Assembly (NCBI RefSeq): GCF_009914755.1
Contig: NC_060926.1
Reading direction: 5' to 3' (one strand)
Source of the DNA: the human T2T-CHM13v2.0 reference genome, Homo sapiens
DNA length: 64,000 nucleotides
Under the pieces are notes generated by a model. It was given only the letters and a program-made list of their open reading frames with translations. It searched no databases and was not told where the DNA came from. The translations under genes were made by a program, and so were the position numbers. Positions 26,380 to 41,030 of this stretch are shown here, piece by piece. Numbering within the stretch: the first letter of the stretch is position 1; each line of letters begins with the position of its first letter.

Positions 26380-27200
26380 CTTTCATGTCAATTACTGTAC
26401 TCAACTTCCTTGTTAGAACTTGCACATCAGCAGGTAGTATGGGTTTCTGCTACATACCTTTCAATATATCTACTTAGAAACTGCCCTTTCAACCTCAACT
26501 TCTTGCTATCACATCAGTAAAGTGATTCACAATACAAATGGTTGCATTAACTATTCCAGGACTATGTAAGAATCCATTTTTATTGACATGCTATGTATCC
26601 ACACAGTCTCTCTGGAAAGTAAAGTGGAAGAGTTCATTGTCTCTGCAAATAATATCAGCCAAATAATTCAAAGGGTTGCTAGTAACTATCCTATTTTTTG
26701 CGTGCTGCTGGGATGACATTGTGAACCTCTGATGTTCTCTAGGTAGCTGTCCTGCTGCTCATTCCAAATTTGTCAGGTTATTTGGCACCTGATCTGACCT
26801 TAATGTCTAGGATGAACTGCAGAGCTATGAAGTGTTCTGATTTTTTGGATGCTTTGCCAAATTCCTCCCCCAACCCCTGCCACCTTTAAAATAACAAGGT
26901 CAATCACACAAAAGAAAGATGGCAGAGTTTCAGTTCCAATGATGCTGATTATCAGCATAACACATATGGTTCAGCATGACATCAACTTGTCCTTGAAGAC
27001 TACGGCAAGTCCAGCTGGAATTGGCTAAGATAAAGCAATTATGAATGAAAGTGCCCATTTTCTAAAGTTACTTTACCAACCCATCTAAGAAGGCACATTT
27101 TAAAATCTGTCTTCAAAGCTGTGATCACTTAATTTAAAAAAAAATCACTTTTAAAGAAAACATTCATGTTAACTCGCATTGGCCATATCCAAATAAATTC
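26380..27200. promoter_or_regulatory. Putative enhancer-like unique block with RFX X-box
   Basis: Repeat-free block with GTTGCTAGTAAC (26675-26686), TGACCT/AGGTCA half-sites and NFI-like TTGGCA / TGCCAA. Inference only. Confidence 0.25.
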
Positions 27201-27692
27201 TGAATTAATGAAACCACATTCTTCAAAATCAATCAAATAAATTGCAGAGTTTTGCCATTTATTTGTTATGAATCAGTTGTAAAGATGGTAAAAATAAGCA
27301 ACTATTTGTGGACAATGGTATATAATGTTCCACACCCTAAGGATTCCTTTCTTACTATTTTGACCAAGCAGAATTCCAAAGAAGTGCTTTCTTATGAAAT
27401 AATTTACACCTTTGTCTTTTTCTCATTTCTTAAACGCTGCCTTTATCTTTTCTAATTTCTTGATAGCAATCCCCACTGTTCTCAAGATATAGGTTTTATA
27501 ATTTGGTCTTATATACACCCACTGAAAATACCCTCAATATTACCTGAACAGATCATGGTTTTACCTTAGACTTCACCCACTTTGGTGTAGAGTAACAAGC
27601 AAGCAAAATGATACCACAAAGTTCTGATCCCCTCTTCACCGGGGCAACATAGAGACATGTTATGACTTCTAATGCATACAGAAAAAAGATTA

Positions 27693-28026
<334 letters not shown>

Positions 28027-28710
28027 AAGATTAGTACATAATATATACATGGCATGCAAGGAATAAAATTAGTAAATGGTACATGTATATAGTCTACACT
28101 AAGTTATCCACATAGTAAGTAAATCTTCATTTGAGAACTTTTAAAGGCAGCTAGTAGGGTACAAGTTGTTTTTTATTCACCCAAACAAAATTTTTATTGC
28201 AAGCCAGTCATAGGCATAATATTATACAACCTGAGTAAGTATATTAATAGAACTTTAAAGTAAAACAAATGTTAACCATCAGCTAACATTTTATACACGG
28301 TGAGAATGATGCCCAGAGAGGTTAAGTAAAACATCTAAAAGTATCAACAGCTAGTTGAATAAAAGAGGACTAGAATGTTGATATTATTCTTTCCACAAAA
28401 CTGTGGTTTATCTTTGTTTGGAATAGCTAATATATACTTTTTAAATATCTATTTAGAAGATTATTGCCTTGGGAAAAAAGAATATTAAAAATACAGCTGG
28501 CAAATACATTTCCCTGTTTATAAGTTTTATCTGTGTATCTACCTATGTATCTATCTCTATCTATAAATAGATAGATATAGGCCCAAATATGCCAACAGAT
28601 TAGCAGATTTACAATTTAAATATAGTTACCATTTTCAAAACCAAACTTTATGTTAGCATTATTCATTTTTCCTATCTCATTTTTACAAATGTAACTCATG
28701 AAAGGGTTGA

Positions 28711-29030
<320 letters not shown>

Positions 29031-29489
29031 AGGGTTGAAATTTAAAACAAAGATAATGTCTCCTCCTCCTAGTAGCAAATTTATTCTACAGTAATTAAAG
29101 GTAGAGTAATTGGAATTAATATGTTGTTTGTGGATCTTTTCTTCGCACTTTTTAAGTCACAGAATTTATTCAGCTGATGAAGTCTTCAATAATACACCAA
29201 TACAATGCCAACATGATTCAGCAAAAATGTATGTAATTATTCAAACATGGAATGGTACCTTGAGTGAGGTAATTAATATTATACTCAATGATAGGGTATT
29301 TCAATTGCCTGAGATAATGGATTTTTAAAAAAATGTGTTGAATCATATATCCATTCTAATTAGGACAAAGAAAGTCAGATGAAAAACATACTAAGGATAT
29401 TATGAAAACATTAACTACTCCGTACATTTTTTTCTAATGTTTCTAAACAATCTTCCTTTGGTGCTTCTATTTTGCCCACTTATTTTAAC

Positions 29490-29630
29490 CTTTTATTTGT
29501 TACTGAAAGAATGTAATCTTCTTGAGGGTAGAGACTCTTATTTACCTTTCTATTCCCAGGCATAGTACATGATCGACTTAGAGCTCAGTGCATATATGCT
29601 ACATAAGTGAATGAATAAATGAAATAAATA
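29490..29630 (+). mobile_element. L2 3' end
   Basis: aatgtaatcttcttgagggtagagac...attcccagg...gctcagt...gtgaatgaataaatgaa. Confidence 0.65.
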
Positions 29631-29690
29631 TATTATGCATTTACATGTGATGTTAGATATTTTAAACTTGTAGTTACTTTTTATAGACAT

Positions 29691-29852
29691 CAGTGTTACC
29701 TAAACTTCACTGAGCATATAAATCACCTAGGATTTTTATTAAGAACACAGTTTCCCAGGACTCTTTCTTGAAGAGTTTTGGGTTTTGACTGGGAACCTAT
29801 AAGATTAAAACTGCCTCAAGGAAGTTTTATGATCAGATAGTTTGAAATAATC
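29691..29852. mobile_element. MER117/MER5-like hAT MITE
   Basis: cagtgttacctaaactt...aatcacctagg...acagtttcccagg...ttttatgatcagatagtttgaaa. Confidence 0.6.
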
Positions 29853-30101
29853 TAGATAATTCTATATTTAGATTGCATATTTCAAGAGCATTAAAAATAT
29901 ATTTAACTTAACCTTATATTGTTTATATTTTATGTGGAATAATTAATTATTCTCCCTAATTTTATGAGAAGATTTCATACAGAAAATCTGTACCCAGTCC
30001 CTATTTAGGGGTTATAGACATACAGGGGTTTAAACACATACTACACTGCTTTACAAAACTCACAGCACATGAAGAAACAAACATTCAAAAATAAATTATA
30101 A

Positions 30102-31959
30102 GAGATCCCAGAAGTAAATCCACATAAATACAATGAATTGACTTTTGACAAAGGAGCAAAGGCAATACAATAGAGAAAAGATAGTTTTTCAACAACTGAT
30201 GCTGGAACAATTGGAATCCATATGTTAAAATATAAATCTAGACCCAGACCTAACAGCCATCACAAAAGTTAACTTGAAATAGATCACAGAGCTAAATGTA
30301 AAATGCAAAACTATGAAACTCCTAGAAGATAACATAGAAGAAAATCTAAGTGACCTAGGGTTTGAAGGTAACTTTTGAGATACAGCACTAAAGACACCAA
30401 CTATGAATGTAATAATTGATAAGCTGGACTTCATTAAAATTAGAATCTGCTTCTCTGTGAAAGACAATGTCAAGAGAATGAGAAGCCATCGACCGGGAGA
30501 AAACATTTACGAAAGACATATCTGCTAAAGGACTATTTTACAAAATATACAAAAAACTCTTGAAACTCAACAGTAAGAAAATGAACAACCTGATTCAAAA
30601 ATGGGCAAAGGATCTAAACAGACACCTCACCAAAGAAGATGGCAAATAGTATACGAAAAGATGCTCAACATCATGTATCATCAGGGAACTGCAAATTAAA
30701 ACAGTAATAAGTTGCTACTAAACATCTATTAGAATGACCAAAATCCAGAAGATTGACAACATTAAATGCAGACAGGAATGCAGAGCAATGATTGAGAATT
30801 CATTGTTGGTGAGAATGCAAAAGGATATAGCCACTTTGGAAGACAGTTTGCCAGATTTTTTAAAAAGTAAACACATTCATACCGTATGATTCAACATTTC
30901 TGCTCCTTGAAGGTTACACAAATAGCTGAAAACTTATGTGCACACAAAAGCCTAAACAAAAATGTTTATCTCAGTTTTATTTACAACTGCCAAAATATAG
31001 AAGCAATCAAGATGTTCTTCAGAGGTGACTGGATAAGTAAATTGAGGTATATCCAGGCATTGCAATCTTTTTTGGTGCTAAAAAGAAGCAGCTATCAAGT
31101 CATTGAAAGACATGGAAGAAACTTAAGTGCATAATACTAAATGGGGGAAGCAAATCTGAAAAGGCTACATACTGATGATTCCAGCTATGACATGCTGTGA
31201 AAAGCAAAACTATGAAGACAGTAAAAAGATCATTGGTTTCCAGGAGTTAAGGGGAAGGGAGGAATAAGTAGGCAGAGCACAGAGGATTTTAGGTAGTGAA
31301 GCTACTCTATAATATCACAGTGGAAGATAATATCATTTTACATCTGTCAACACCTATACAATGTATAGTATGTGTCGCCAGCCCCCTGGCAGTAGACTAG
31401 TACTCCTCTGTGGCCTGTTAGGAAGTGGACCGCACAGCAGGAGATGAGCTGCAGGCCAACCAGCACCACTGCCTGAGTTCCACCTCCTGTCAGATCAGCT
31501 GCTGCATTAGATTCTCATAGGAGTGCAAACCGTACTGTGAACTGCATATGCTAAGGATCTAGGTTGCATACTCCTTATGAGAATCTGATGATAAATATAA
31601 TGCGTTTGGATCATCCTGAAACCATTCTCCTCCACCCCTGGTCCATGGAAACACTGTCGTCCACGAAACTGGTTCCTGGTGCCAAAAAGGTTAGGGACTG
31701 TTGATGTACAACACCAAGAATGAATCCAAAGGTAAACTGTGAACCTTGGATAATTACGCGATACCAACATAGTTTCATTGATTATAACAAATGCATCACC
31801 CTGGTGCAGGATGTTGATAGTAGGGGAGGCTGTCGGGAGTCGGGGAGGTCAGAAAGTAGAGAGTTAAGAACTCATTGATTTGATGGATCAATGGAGATGA
31901 AGCTCAATTTTGCTGTAAACCTAAAACTGCTCTAAAAATAAATTCTATTAACAAATAAA
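30102..31959 (+). mobile_element. L1MC (L1MC1/2-like) fragment: decayed ORF2 C-terminus plus 3'UTR, interrupted by MER1B
   Basis: ttttgacaaaggagcaaaggcaatacaa...gatgctggaacaattgg...aaaactatgaaactcctagaagataacatag...aaaatgggcaaaggatctaaacagacacctcaccaaagaagat. The L1MC-type 3'UTR ends in aataaa. Confidence 0.9.
31369..31703 (+). mobile_element. MER1B hAT-Charlie element nested in L1MC
   Basis: gtggcctgttaggaa...ccgcacagcaggag...cctcctgtcagatcagc...gcattagattctcataggagtgc...aaactggttcctggtgccaaaaaggtt. Degenerate 8-bp TSD atgtatag / atgtacaa. Confidence 0.93.
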
Positions 31960-32621
31960 TTTTAATACTATGTGGAAAAATTTGACATACTTTGAAGATT
32001 CAAAGATAATCCACAGTTAGGTGGCTGGGTAAAAGAGCAAACAGGGTCTCTGATCACAGAGTAGGACCCTGGGACCCTGTGATTTGCTGTACTTACAAAT
32101 CTTCACCTAAACTTGACATTACAGAGTAACACCACCAACAACCAAATGCTACTTTTCTAATATTTCTTGTGACATTGGTAAGAATAGATGATGAAAATCA
32201 AATTGTGAGTACAATTTCCTTTTGTGCTTGATTTGATGGATTAATAGAGATGAAGGTAAACATTGTATTGGATTCAGAAAGAAGGTAGGTCTCAGAAAAT
32301 TCATTAGTAGTCTTCTTTTCCTAAGTTTATTTCTGTCTCCTTATTGGTCAGTCATTACAAAAGCAAACTGTACTCACTTTCTTAATGTTGGGTAAACAAT
32401 GAATAGGATGTAAAAAAAAAAATTCTTGATGGAAGAGCTGATGCTTTTAACAAAATTATGCTGCAGAGTGACCTATGAAATTTTAAGAAACAGGATTTTA
32501 AGAATGGTAAACATGATGAACAAGGTAAGATAAATGTCTGTCAGTCTTCAAGCAAGGTTGCCTACAGTGGAGGGAGATGGGCAGAAGCTATAATAAGTTT
32601 CTGTTATAAACAAGTTTCTAA

Positions 32622-32910
32622 TTTTTTTTTGAAATAGGGTCTCACTCTGTCACCCAGGCTGGAGTACAGTGGCACAATCTCAGCTCACCACAGTCTCTAC
32701 CTCTGGGCTCAAGCAATCCTCCCACCAAAGCCTCCTGAGTAGCTGGGACTACAGGTACTTGCCACCACACCCAGCTAATTTTGTTTACTTTTTGAAAAGA
32801 TGAGGTCTCATCATTTTGCCCCAGGCTGGTCTTGAACCCCTGAGCTCAAGTGATCCTCCTGCCTCAGCCTTCCAAAGTGCAGAAATACAGCTGTGAGCCA
32901 CTGCACCCAG
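32622..32910 (-). mobile_element. AluJ
   Basis: agggtctcactctgtcacccaggctgg...gggctcaagcaatcctccc...gagctcaagtgatcctcc. Confidence 0.93.
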
Positions 32911-34579
32911 GCTGAACAAGTGTTGTATGAGGATGTAGATACATTACTGCCTTTAATTTGTACAACCAATCTGTATAAGCATTATCTCCACGTATACATG
33001 AGAATCATAATGTCCAAAGATCACACTCCATATGAGACAAAGCCAGATCTCTAAGGGCTATTTTTTTTCCAAACTTACTATGACTAATGACTCTTAATAT
33101 GCCTTTGGGTCTTTGGAAAAGCAAGGTTTACAGTTTGCTAATATTTTAAATGCCCAGTGGCATTTTTACCATCCACTTACTATAGTAGTCATTTCTAAAG
33201 GGGAAAAAGAAAGGAGGGGTACAAGGAAGATGGTGAGAAACCATCAAATCAAAATACACTAAGCTACTTGAAATTCTACCATCTCCATATTTCCCTGTTT
33301 AAACATTGCTTTTTAATAAAGAGCTAAACCCCCCTACACTAAATTAGTTGTGTGCACTTCTTTATAACACGTCAAATGAGCTGTTTGGTTGTCTCATTTC
33401 TTAAGTATTAAACTCTTGAGGTAAGGGTCACTTGTATCCTGACCCTTGCACAAATCTACCACCACAGCTGTATTTCTAGTGCCTAGGATACTTTATAAAT
33501 ACATGTTGAATACAATAAAAAGATATAAAATTTTATGAGCAGTGTTGCTTTTTTAAATATCCATTCTGAGTGATACTTGCCCTGAAAACAGTTTCCAAAT
33601 ATACTGCCTTCACCCTTTCCACCTTTCACTAATTGTATGAGGTTGGTATTTCCAGCATTTAACTCAAAATGTAACTTTGGGTTGTTTAACCAACCATTTT
33701 GGGAATTGGACTTCACACTGAGAGGACTGAATCTAAGGTTAATATATCAAACTGAGGCTGTAGCAGAATCCTCTTTCTTCTTATAGACAATCCATATTCT
33801 TCTTATGACCCTAGCAGAGAATAGATACCCAGCCAACTATTTGATTAAATCCTCTGTTCCCACCAAGAGTGAAGTCACTAACAAGCTGAGAGATCAGGCA
33901 TGAGAGAAGAGCAGTCCCACCCCATGTCAAGGCATTTATAAGTTGGATCAATACAATCTTCAAAAGCACCCACAAAAATAAAAATAATGTTCTAACTTCA
34001 TCCAAGGTCCCTCACCCCCTATAGCTAACAAAAGGCAATATTCTACCACCCACAGAAGTAGCTTAATGTTCCCTGCCACTGTGGAAAATGTTTTATTGGA
34101 CAAATAGGCCACACCAGCTATCGGATTAAGTAGTATCTACAGAATCTCAAACCATCACACACAGGAAACTACAGGTATTGGGCACAGAACAGAGAGTGCC
34201 TACTATATTGATTTCTACAGTGCTCAAGGCAAAGGTAAAAAGAATGAAACAGCTGGAAAAAACAATACTAAGTCACTAGCATAAAGGAACAGGAAATCTC
34301 TTAAGCAAAGCTGCAGGGATAAAATCAAACTCCCAGACAAAAGTCCTCACAGGGAATTCTTTAACTGGCTTTAACTGTCACGTTCAGAACTTCTTTACAT
34401 CTTGAACTACCAGTTTTTATTTCAATTCCAACTCAGTCTTTCATGAAGGTTTTTAAAATTTGTTTCATTCTGATATAGCAAAGATTTCCCCCTTCCCCTT
34501 TCCCAGGCTGATCAAATAGAATACAATTTAAAAGCTATAGTGAGTCATGCTGTAACAGAAAAAGCAGAAAAAGTCACGA

Positions 34580-34677
34580 CAGATGGTCCCTGACTTTCGA
34601 TGGTTTGACTTCTCAAATTTTCAGCTTCACAGTGAGTTTATCAAAATGTAATCCCATCCTAAATAGAGGAGCATCTG
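34580..34677 (-). mobile_element. MER47C-like Tigger MITE (~98 bp)
   Basis: TIRs cagatggtccctgactt...gaggagcatctg followed by TA. Confidence 0.75.
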
Positions 34678-34948
34678 TAGCTGGTTAGAAATTTCCTTGC
34701 AAGAATATGCACAGGGGGTGTTGAAATCAATGTCTTAAGTCATGTTTGAATCACTCATCTTTTCTTTATCCAACTATCAATTGTGCATGTTGCATTATCC
34801 TTTTGGGATGCTCTTGAGCTTCTTAATTTTTTTCTAATTATGTCTTACTTTCCTCCACCTTTACAGTTTATTTTTCATTCTTTAAGAAACATATTACAGT
34901 ACTCTCCTTTTCACTGATGCTCACTAGTATATTGTAATCATCTCCTAT

Positions 34949-35327
34949 TGCATTAGTCTGTTCTCATGCTGCTATAAACGACTGCCTGAGACTGGGTAAT
35001 TTACAAAGGAAAGAGGTTTAATTGACTCACAGTTCTCCAAGGCTAGGGAGGCCTCAGGAAACTTACAATCATGGCAGAAGAGGAAGCAAACACATCCTTC
35101 TTTACATGATGGGAGGAAGGAGAAATGCCCAGCAAAAAGGGGAAAAGCCCCTTATAACCCCATCAGATCTTGTGAGAACTCACTCACTCACTATCATGAG
35201 AACAGCATGAGGGTAACTGCCCCTATGCTTCAATTACCTCCCACTGGGTCTCTTCCATGACATGTGGGGATTATGGGAACTACAGTTCAAGATGAGATTT
35301 GGGTGGGGACACAGCCAAACCATATCA
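34949..35327 (-). mobile_element. THE1C-like MaLR solo LTR
   Basis: ttagtctgttctcatgctgctataa...gagactgggtaatttac...gatgagatttgggtggggacacagccaaaccatatca. Confidence 0.95.
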
Positions 35328-35359
35328 TACCTATCATATGACAGTTTTTATATTATCTA

Positions 35360-35815
35360 TATTATATGAAAATTATAGGAGATCATTGTGTGAACTGAGC
35401 TCATGCACTAGGTCCAACAGACCAGACTGGACAAACTAGAATGCAGTAACTTGTGCTAGGTTCCATGTAATCAAAATGAACTTTAAAATGAACCAGTTTT
35501 CCAAAAAAAAAAAAAAAAAAAAGGGGAAATTCACAGCTATCAATCAGAAGGGGCCTGGTTTACCTGAGCCAGCTGGTAAAACAGAGGAAGTTCCTCTTTT
35601 TTAACCCTGTAAGGAAAGTTACTTTGTAAGGACCAATCCGTGTTTTTGTTCCTTGTTTCTGCTTCTTCAGCCCTTTTCTGCCTATAAAGCCCAACTTCTT
35701 TGCTCTGCTTATTAAAGCAGCTTTTCTACATCTTTGATGGGATGCTGCCTGATTCATAGATCACCAGTAAAGCCAATTAGATCTTTAAACTAAATTTGTT
35801 GAAATTTTTTTAACA
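35360..35815 (+). mobile_element. ERV1 MER4-group LTR (MER72-like)
   Basis: aaattataggag...actgagctcatgcactagg...caacagaccagac, CCAAT (35633), TATA-like cctataaagc, and a 3' end ttaaca. Family name uncertain. Confidence 0.7.
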
Positions 35816-35881
35816 TTTAGAAAGGCTATAATTATCAAGATATAATGTAAGTTTTAGGAAATTTTACCGATTTTTCATTTC

Positions 35882-36170
35882 TTTTTTTTTAGACAGGGTT
35901 TCAGTCTGTAACCCAGACAGACTGGAAAGCAGGGGCACAATCATGGCTCACTGCAAGCTCACTGCAGCTTGAGCCTGGGATCAAGCAATCCTCCCACCTC
36001 AGCTTCCTCAGTAGTTGGGTGGGACCACAGGTATACATAACCATACCCAGATAATTTTTGTATTTTTTGTAGAGATGGGGTTTTGCCATGTTGCTCAGGC
36101 TGGGCTTAAACTTTTGGACTCAAGCAATCCACCCACCTCGGCCTCCCAAAGTGCTGGGGTAACAGGCATG
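35882..36170 (-). mobile_element. AluJ, diverged
   Basis: agacagggtt...caagcaatcctcccacctcagc...ttttttgtagagatggggttttgccatgttgc. Confidence 0.9.
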
Positions 36171-37554
36171 ATTGTATACATTTTAAAATGCGTATTAAAA
36201 AAACTCATATAATAATTTATCTAATGTTTATAAAGATTCTTAGCACTTAAAACTCTTAATATTAGCAAATTGATATTTCCAATTCCCTACCCAACCTAGA
36301 AATCTGGCTTGTGTCATTATTTTCTTTAGTTCTTAATGAAATGCATAGATGCTAGACAGAGAGTAACAGAATGCATTTTAATCTGTCAGTGAAGTATTAT
36401 CTGGCAAAACGTAGTCTATTACATTGTTTCTATATCCTGAATATTTCCGGGAGGCATTTCGACAGACGAGAGAAAAGTCAGTGCTATACTATTCTATTTT
36501 TCACACAAAATACAAATTTTAGTTTGCAGTTATCCTCTGAGTCTGGTTTAAAACACACACTTTCTAACTACAAATAAGCTGCATGTGATAGAGAAAGTTT
36601 TTAAATATATTTTTAAATTTTTTTGTTTTATAATTCAACATAATACCAAATGGGGTTGGCATATAATGTAGAATGAAGGACTGAATGGAGCCAGAGAGTC
36701 AGTGGTCAACCATGACATAAAAATTGATCAAAGTCATTCAAAGTAGTCTAGAACTGTGCCAATTAGTCTGAATCATGAAATATTTACACACAGACTACTA
36801 TGAGAATGTATTGTGTTAAGTGCTACAAGAACCAAAAAAAAAAAAAAAAAGTATAAAACTCATTCTCTGGGGCAGGACCATTATTTTTTCCATGCCATAA
36901 TGTAGGATTATAGCCTAAACTATTAACTTCCAAATATGTTCTGGATTTAATGAAGATCAAATCTGTTTATGATTTTGACATTTTCCCCAATATCAAACTG
37001 ACATTCATTGTCAAATTCGGAAATTTCCACCAGAATGGTATTTTGGATATTTCTCTGTATCCCTTCTTTGATATTGCCTTTGCCCACCCTGAGAATAAGA
37101 TGATAATTAGCCTCTTGTAAACACAGAAAAACTGCATAATACATAATAACTCAAAGGAGAAAGCTTTTCAAATCTGTGGGGATGGGAGCTCTCTCTCTGA
37201 CTTAGTCTGTTCTTGCTTTAGCAACTGTAATTGTGTATTCCATTCACATCCATGTCATCAAAATGACAGAGGTGAATATTCTGGTTATAAGGAAAGAACT
37301 ATAAACATGTATATGGATATGGAATTAAGGTCATCACACCCTTGAGACAGAGATTTTACTTTCAAATCATTATTACAGCAGACTTGCTTGGGGATAGGTT
37401 ACACATCTAGCATTCAGCATAGAAAAAGTTAGCCTCAAGTTACAGTGTGAAATGTTTTCTGATTATTTCTTATTTCTTTCCCAGGAAAGTGTTTGCCTCT
37501 GAATCTACCAATACGACTTCAGAAATAATTAATTTAATAGCCTTTCTATGCTTA

Positions 37555-37716
37555 TTTTTTATTGTGATTAAAATATACATAAAATTTACCATTGTAACCA
37601 TTTTAAGTATACTATTCAGTAGCATTAAGTACATTCGCAGTGTTGTGCAACTATCACCAACATCCATTTCCAGAACTTTTCATGATCACAAACAGAAACT
37701 CTGTACTCATTAAACA
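37555..37716 (-). mobile_element. L1M (L1MA/MB-like) 3' end
   Basis: aaaatttaccattgtaaccattttaagt...gcattaagtacattc...tgttgtgcaac...ccagaactttt...aaactctgtac. Confidence 0.85.
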
Positions 37717-38339
37717 TATACTTATTTTTATGAATATTCACATGCACAAACTACATTAAAGGACTGTTGAAGGTAAAACTATAAAAATTAAGCAATCCAA
37801 AGTAAGATTAACCACATGTGCTAATGTTCTTGGATTAGCATAGTACAAAGTGGTATAAAATTCTTGTTATGTTCCATTTAGGAAAAGAACACCAAGAATT
37901 TAAGCCCTTTGATCTTGATTCTACGGAGATTAACTATAGGGCTTTGGCTAAAATCACTATACGTGAGTAATTATTTCCCACACAGCAATGCTTTCTTTTT
38001 TTTTTCAATTTTAACTTAGTCTCAGCTTAAAGAGTATTTAGAAAACAAACAAGCCCATTGGGAAAATTAGCTCTGAGAGACACTAAAATACACTAGCAAA
38101 CACAGGCAGTCACCATTTCTAATATAATGTGCTCATATAAATTCTATCAAAAAAGGCTCATCTTAAAACATATTGTTCTCTTTCCATAGAAATAATGTTG
38201 TAATTGGGGAACTGTATTCCTGAGCAGGACTTGAAATTGAATAAATCACAAATATGACCAACAAAATGTTATAAAACCAAAGCTATAAAAACTATAAACC
38301 TTCATAATCATTTAAAATAGAAAAATTATACTATTTTAT

Positions 38340-38520
38340 AGAAATTAGCAGCTAGAAGGGATTTTAGAATATTGCCAAGTTCAAGCCCATTGTTTTGTAG
38401 ATGAAAAAAACAGATGTCTAGAAAAGATGAGTGACATTTCTTTTAATTTACCAAAGTAGCCTGTGGCAATAGGCACTAAAACTAAAGACTTCTTAATCTT
38501 AATCTATTGTTCTACCCACA
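38340..38520 (-). mobile_element. MIR/MIR3 fragment
   Basis: gctagaagggattttaga...ttttgtagatgaaaaaaacaga core-like sequence. Confidence 0.5.
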
Positions 38521-39007
38521 TATTTCAATGCTTCTCTTATAAAATTTTAGAAAATGTGACTGTGCTTTATCTCACATTTATTATAAATATTGTAAAGCAT
38601 ATATCCACTATATAAAAATGTAGTTATCATATAACATATACAAAAGAGGTATATAGCTAATATTTTTTATATATTTGTATGAAATTCTTAAACTGGTTAT
38701 TTACCTTTTTAGACTATTGACAGGAGTTTAGTGGTGTAATTGTGGTGACCCATTTCAGCTACGAGAGTTATCCAGAAACATTTGACTGGACCATTGATTT
38801 TTCCTGTCAATAAAATTTCTCATTGACAGTAGAGATATTCTAAAACATTTAATTAGTTAATTATTATTAGAGTGGTGGTTATTATGATTGTAAAATGACC
38901 ATTTTATTATACTGACAGTTGAAGGTATCCCTAAGGATTTAAAGAGGAATTAAAAAAAGTGAATTTGGATTTGACCGCATAACATATAGTCAGAACTATA
39001 GTGAAAC

Positions 39008-39031
39008 ACACACACACACACACACACACAC
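39008..39031. repeat. (CA)n microsatellite, ~12 units
   Basis: Read directly. Confidence 0.95.
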
Positions 39032-40279
39032 CAAGTAAGCTTTTAGAGAAAGACTTACTCCCATTCATTCCCAAAGCACCTCAACCCTGCAAAAAAGAAA
39101 AGAAAAGAAAGAAAAGAAAATGAGCTGTTTTAGGATTATACGTACAGAATGAGTGAAAGACAGTTTTCCCCACTACCTGCATGATAATACTGATTAAAAA
39201 TTAACTCGAGGCTTTTAAAATATTATTTAGAGAAAACCATATTCTTCCAAATCACAAACCATACATCCTTAACTAGAGATGGAACACAACGGGTGTTACC
39301 TAAGAGTGTGGCAAGTAAGTGAATAAAAGCATTCAGAAATGAAACATATATGTTAATTGGGAGTGAGAGAAATGGAGAAATACAAAAAAAAGTCTGCTGT
39401 ATTTTGCTTGAATTGTGAATATATCCTTTCTTCCTAAGAAAACTAGCACCTCTGTTCACTTAAAAATGTTTACATCTACAAGCAAAATCTGCATAATTCC
39501 ATGTGCTTATAAATATGTATGTGGAAGAGATTTTTATTAAATAAAGGCTGAATTAAAAATAAACTATGGAACACAAGTGATTTGACAAATGAAATATGTC
39601 TAAATGTTTTAGTTGGCTTTTGCATATAGCCTTGTAGAGTAACATTTAGGACATAACTTCAAGACAGAAGCCTTTGAATATATTTTGGCTTAAGCCAACT
39701 TTCCACGTGGATTTTCATGGAAAGAGCTAAATAAGTTAGTGAAGATAAACAATATAAACATATCACTTGATGAATGAATGTGTATAATAACAAACTCAGA
39801 AGTGAATGACTGAACAGAGGAAAATGAGTGGTCGCATCTCAGGGTATACAGGTCTCTTTCATCTTCTGGTTTTATACCTTCAGGATTGATAACTGATCTG
39901 AGAAGCCAAAGCTGACTTTGTCACTCCTGGCCTTGAGCCTTGAGACTGGAGCCAGCAACACATTCCTGCTGATCCTTGTCTTAATTTTGCAGTTGTAGTC
40001 TCCCTCCTCAATTGACAATCAATATTAAGTGCCTATTTATTGAGACTATTCTGGGTACTGGGGACAGTAAAAAAAAGATATGAAAGAAGAACCCTGAACT
40101 AATGGAGGAGCTTAATATCCACTTATAAAAAGAAGATACATAAAAATAAGCAACAGGTATATACTACTTAACGTTGGGAGTCACCAATAAATTAGTGGTA
40201 TACAAAAAGGATTACTATCTGGAATATGTAAATTGTTTTATTAAACTGATAAACAAGTCAACAAAAAAAGCATGAACAT

Positions 40280-41030
40280 AATGTATTATCAGGGAATTCT
40301 TAACGTAATAAATTAAATGTCCAAAAACAAATGAAAAGAACTCAACCTTAGAAACAATAAGCAAAATGCACATGAAAATGAGATAAATGTTCATTCACAA
40401 GGTTGGAAAAATAATTACTAATATATCAAATGTTGAAACTGGTGATTGGTGTGTAAATTGGTAAAGTCTACTTGGAAGATAATGTGCAATATGTATCAAA
40501 ATTAGAATTATGTAATTTTTTTGGCACAGTAATTCTAACTGTAAAAATTTAATCTTGAGAAATCATCACACGTAATATCAACATATGCTGACAAGGATGC
40601 TCACTGCTTTGCCATTTAAGTGGTAAAACATGTGAACTCAACTAAAGGTCCTACAGTAGGAGAGTGGCTAAATGTATGGTTTCTCTGTATTATGGAATAC
40701 TTTGAGAATGTTAAAAAGGAAAAAAAAAACATAAGGTAGAAATGTATGTATTATCATATAATCACCTATCAGACATATGGCTAAATGAATAAAGTACATC
40801 ACAGAACAATACATATGGTTATGTAAATTAATGTATCTGTAGCTTCCATACTGCATACATATGTATATATGTAAATATATAGAAGGATGCCTGGAAAAAT
40901 ATATTCCAAACTATTGAAAATGGTTAGTCCTGGGAAGAGACTGAGTTGGAAAGAAAGTAAAGAGAGGCTTAAATGTTTTGTTTTGTATAATTCTGCACTG
41001 TCTGGAATTTTTTCTCGAGAATATATTCAT
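40280..41030 (+). mobile_element. Old L1 (L1ME-like) ORF2-end/3'UTR fragment
   Basis: atgaaaagaactcaacc...ggtgtgtaaattggt...caaggatgctcactgc...tatggaatact motifs, highly diverged. Confidence 0.65.

Noticed and set aside
30102-31140. L1 ORF2-derived coding potential
   Set aside because: Old L1MC fragment with stops and frameshifts; no intact ORF.
33483-33716. 77-aa minus-strand ORF with a possible acceptor near 33717 and a GC-type donor near 33580
   Set aside because: No recognisable homology and weak splice signals; compatible with chance.
36947-37144. 65-aa minus-strand ORF with a possible acceptor (ttattctcag) near 37088
   Set aside because: No recognisable protein similarity and no partner exons; not supportable as CDS.
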